Positions 63,570-64,000 of a stretch of DNA of 64,000 nt are shown piece after piece. Made by a program: the position numbers and the translations under genes. Positions within the stretch are counted from its first letter, which is position 1. Every line of letters starts with the position of its first letter. This stretch comes from Vicugna vicugna (lineage: Eukaryota): positions 2,007,523 to 2,071,522 of the forward strand of contig MU058463.1 in the NCBI GenBank assembly GCA_013265495.1, written 5' to 3'. A model generated the notes under the pieces. That model saw only the letters and a list, made by a program, of their open reading frames with translations, did not search any database and was not told the origin of the DNA.

Positions 63570-64000
63570 GAATGCGATCCTGTCCAAACACTCCCTCGCA
63601 GCCTCGCGCTCGGTGGTACGTGGAGGCTGGAAAGAGTGAGCCGCGCGGCCCCCGGCCCAGGGAGGGGACGCCCCGCGCCGCGCCCGCCAGGAAGGCAGCG
63701 ACGGCCGAGCCCAGGAAATGTCAACGCTGTGTGGCTCTTTCAACTTGAAAGCGACTTGCCTCGTTTACTTGAAAATCAACACTGCAGTCACGCAGTGTGT
63801 TGTTTCCAGACATAATTGAGATTGAACTCCAACCAGTTCCGAAACAAGCGTTACTTTCCGCAGCCCGGGAGAAGCCAGCGGGCCGGGGCCAGAAGGGAAG
63901 TCGGGGACACAGAGCGCTCTGGATGCCGTTCATCTCTGTGTGTCCTCACGGCAGAGGCAGCGCGAGGAGCCGTGCACGCCCCGCAGACGGGAGCGCCGCC
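63570..64000. promoter_or_regulatory. CpG island edge (probable promoter/first-exon region continuing beyond the window)
   Basis: Sharp rise in GC and CpG (gccgcgcggcccccggccc, gccccgcgccgcgcccgcc, gcagcgcgaggagccg) against a CpG-depleted background. Confidence 0.85.

Overview
Mammalian non-coding DNA, most likely camelid: there is a tRNA-Ala-like SINE resembling Vic-1, artiodactyl-type L1 3' ends, and no Alu, Bov-tA or CAN SINEs. I recognise no protein-coding gene. The ORFs that look protein-like are broken L1 ORF2 pieces. The window is intronic or intergenic and is filled with L1 copies (two ORF2-containing, several 3'-end fragments), MIR, L2, MaLR/ERVL LTRs, hAT and Tigger relics and microsatellites. 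A CpG island begins at about 63.57 kb and runs off the right edge. Repeat-free blocks with regulatory grammar lie at about 8.9-9.3, 13.65-14.05, 24.6-25.6, 39.1-39.4 and 54.4 kb. The clearest sequence-level observations are: a 26-nt tailless U6 retrocopy with a perfect 16-bp TSD; a poly(A)-only insertion with a 16-bp TSD; a ~60-bp-arm fold-back palindrome at an L1 5' junction plus a second similar hairpin; an inverted L1-in-L1 insertion; recurrent L1 5'-truncation points; and a PBX-HOX/MEIS motif cluster. Repeat family names come from recalled consensus similarity, not from a database search, and boundaries of old repeats are approximate. I found no convincing evidence for a new multi-gene system.
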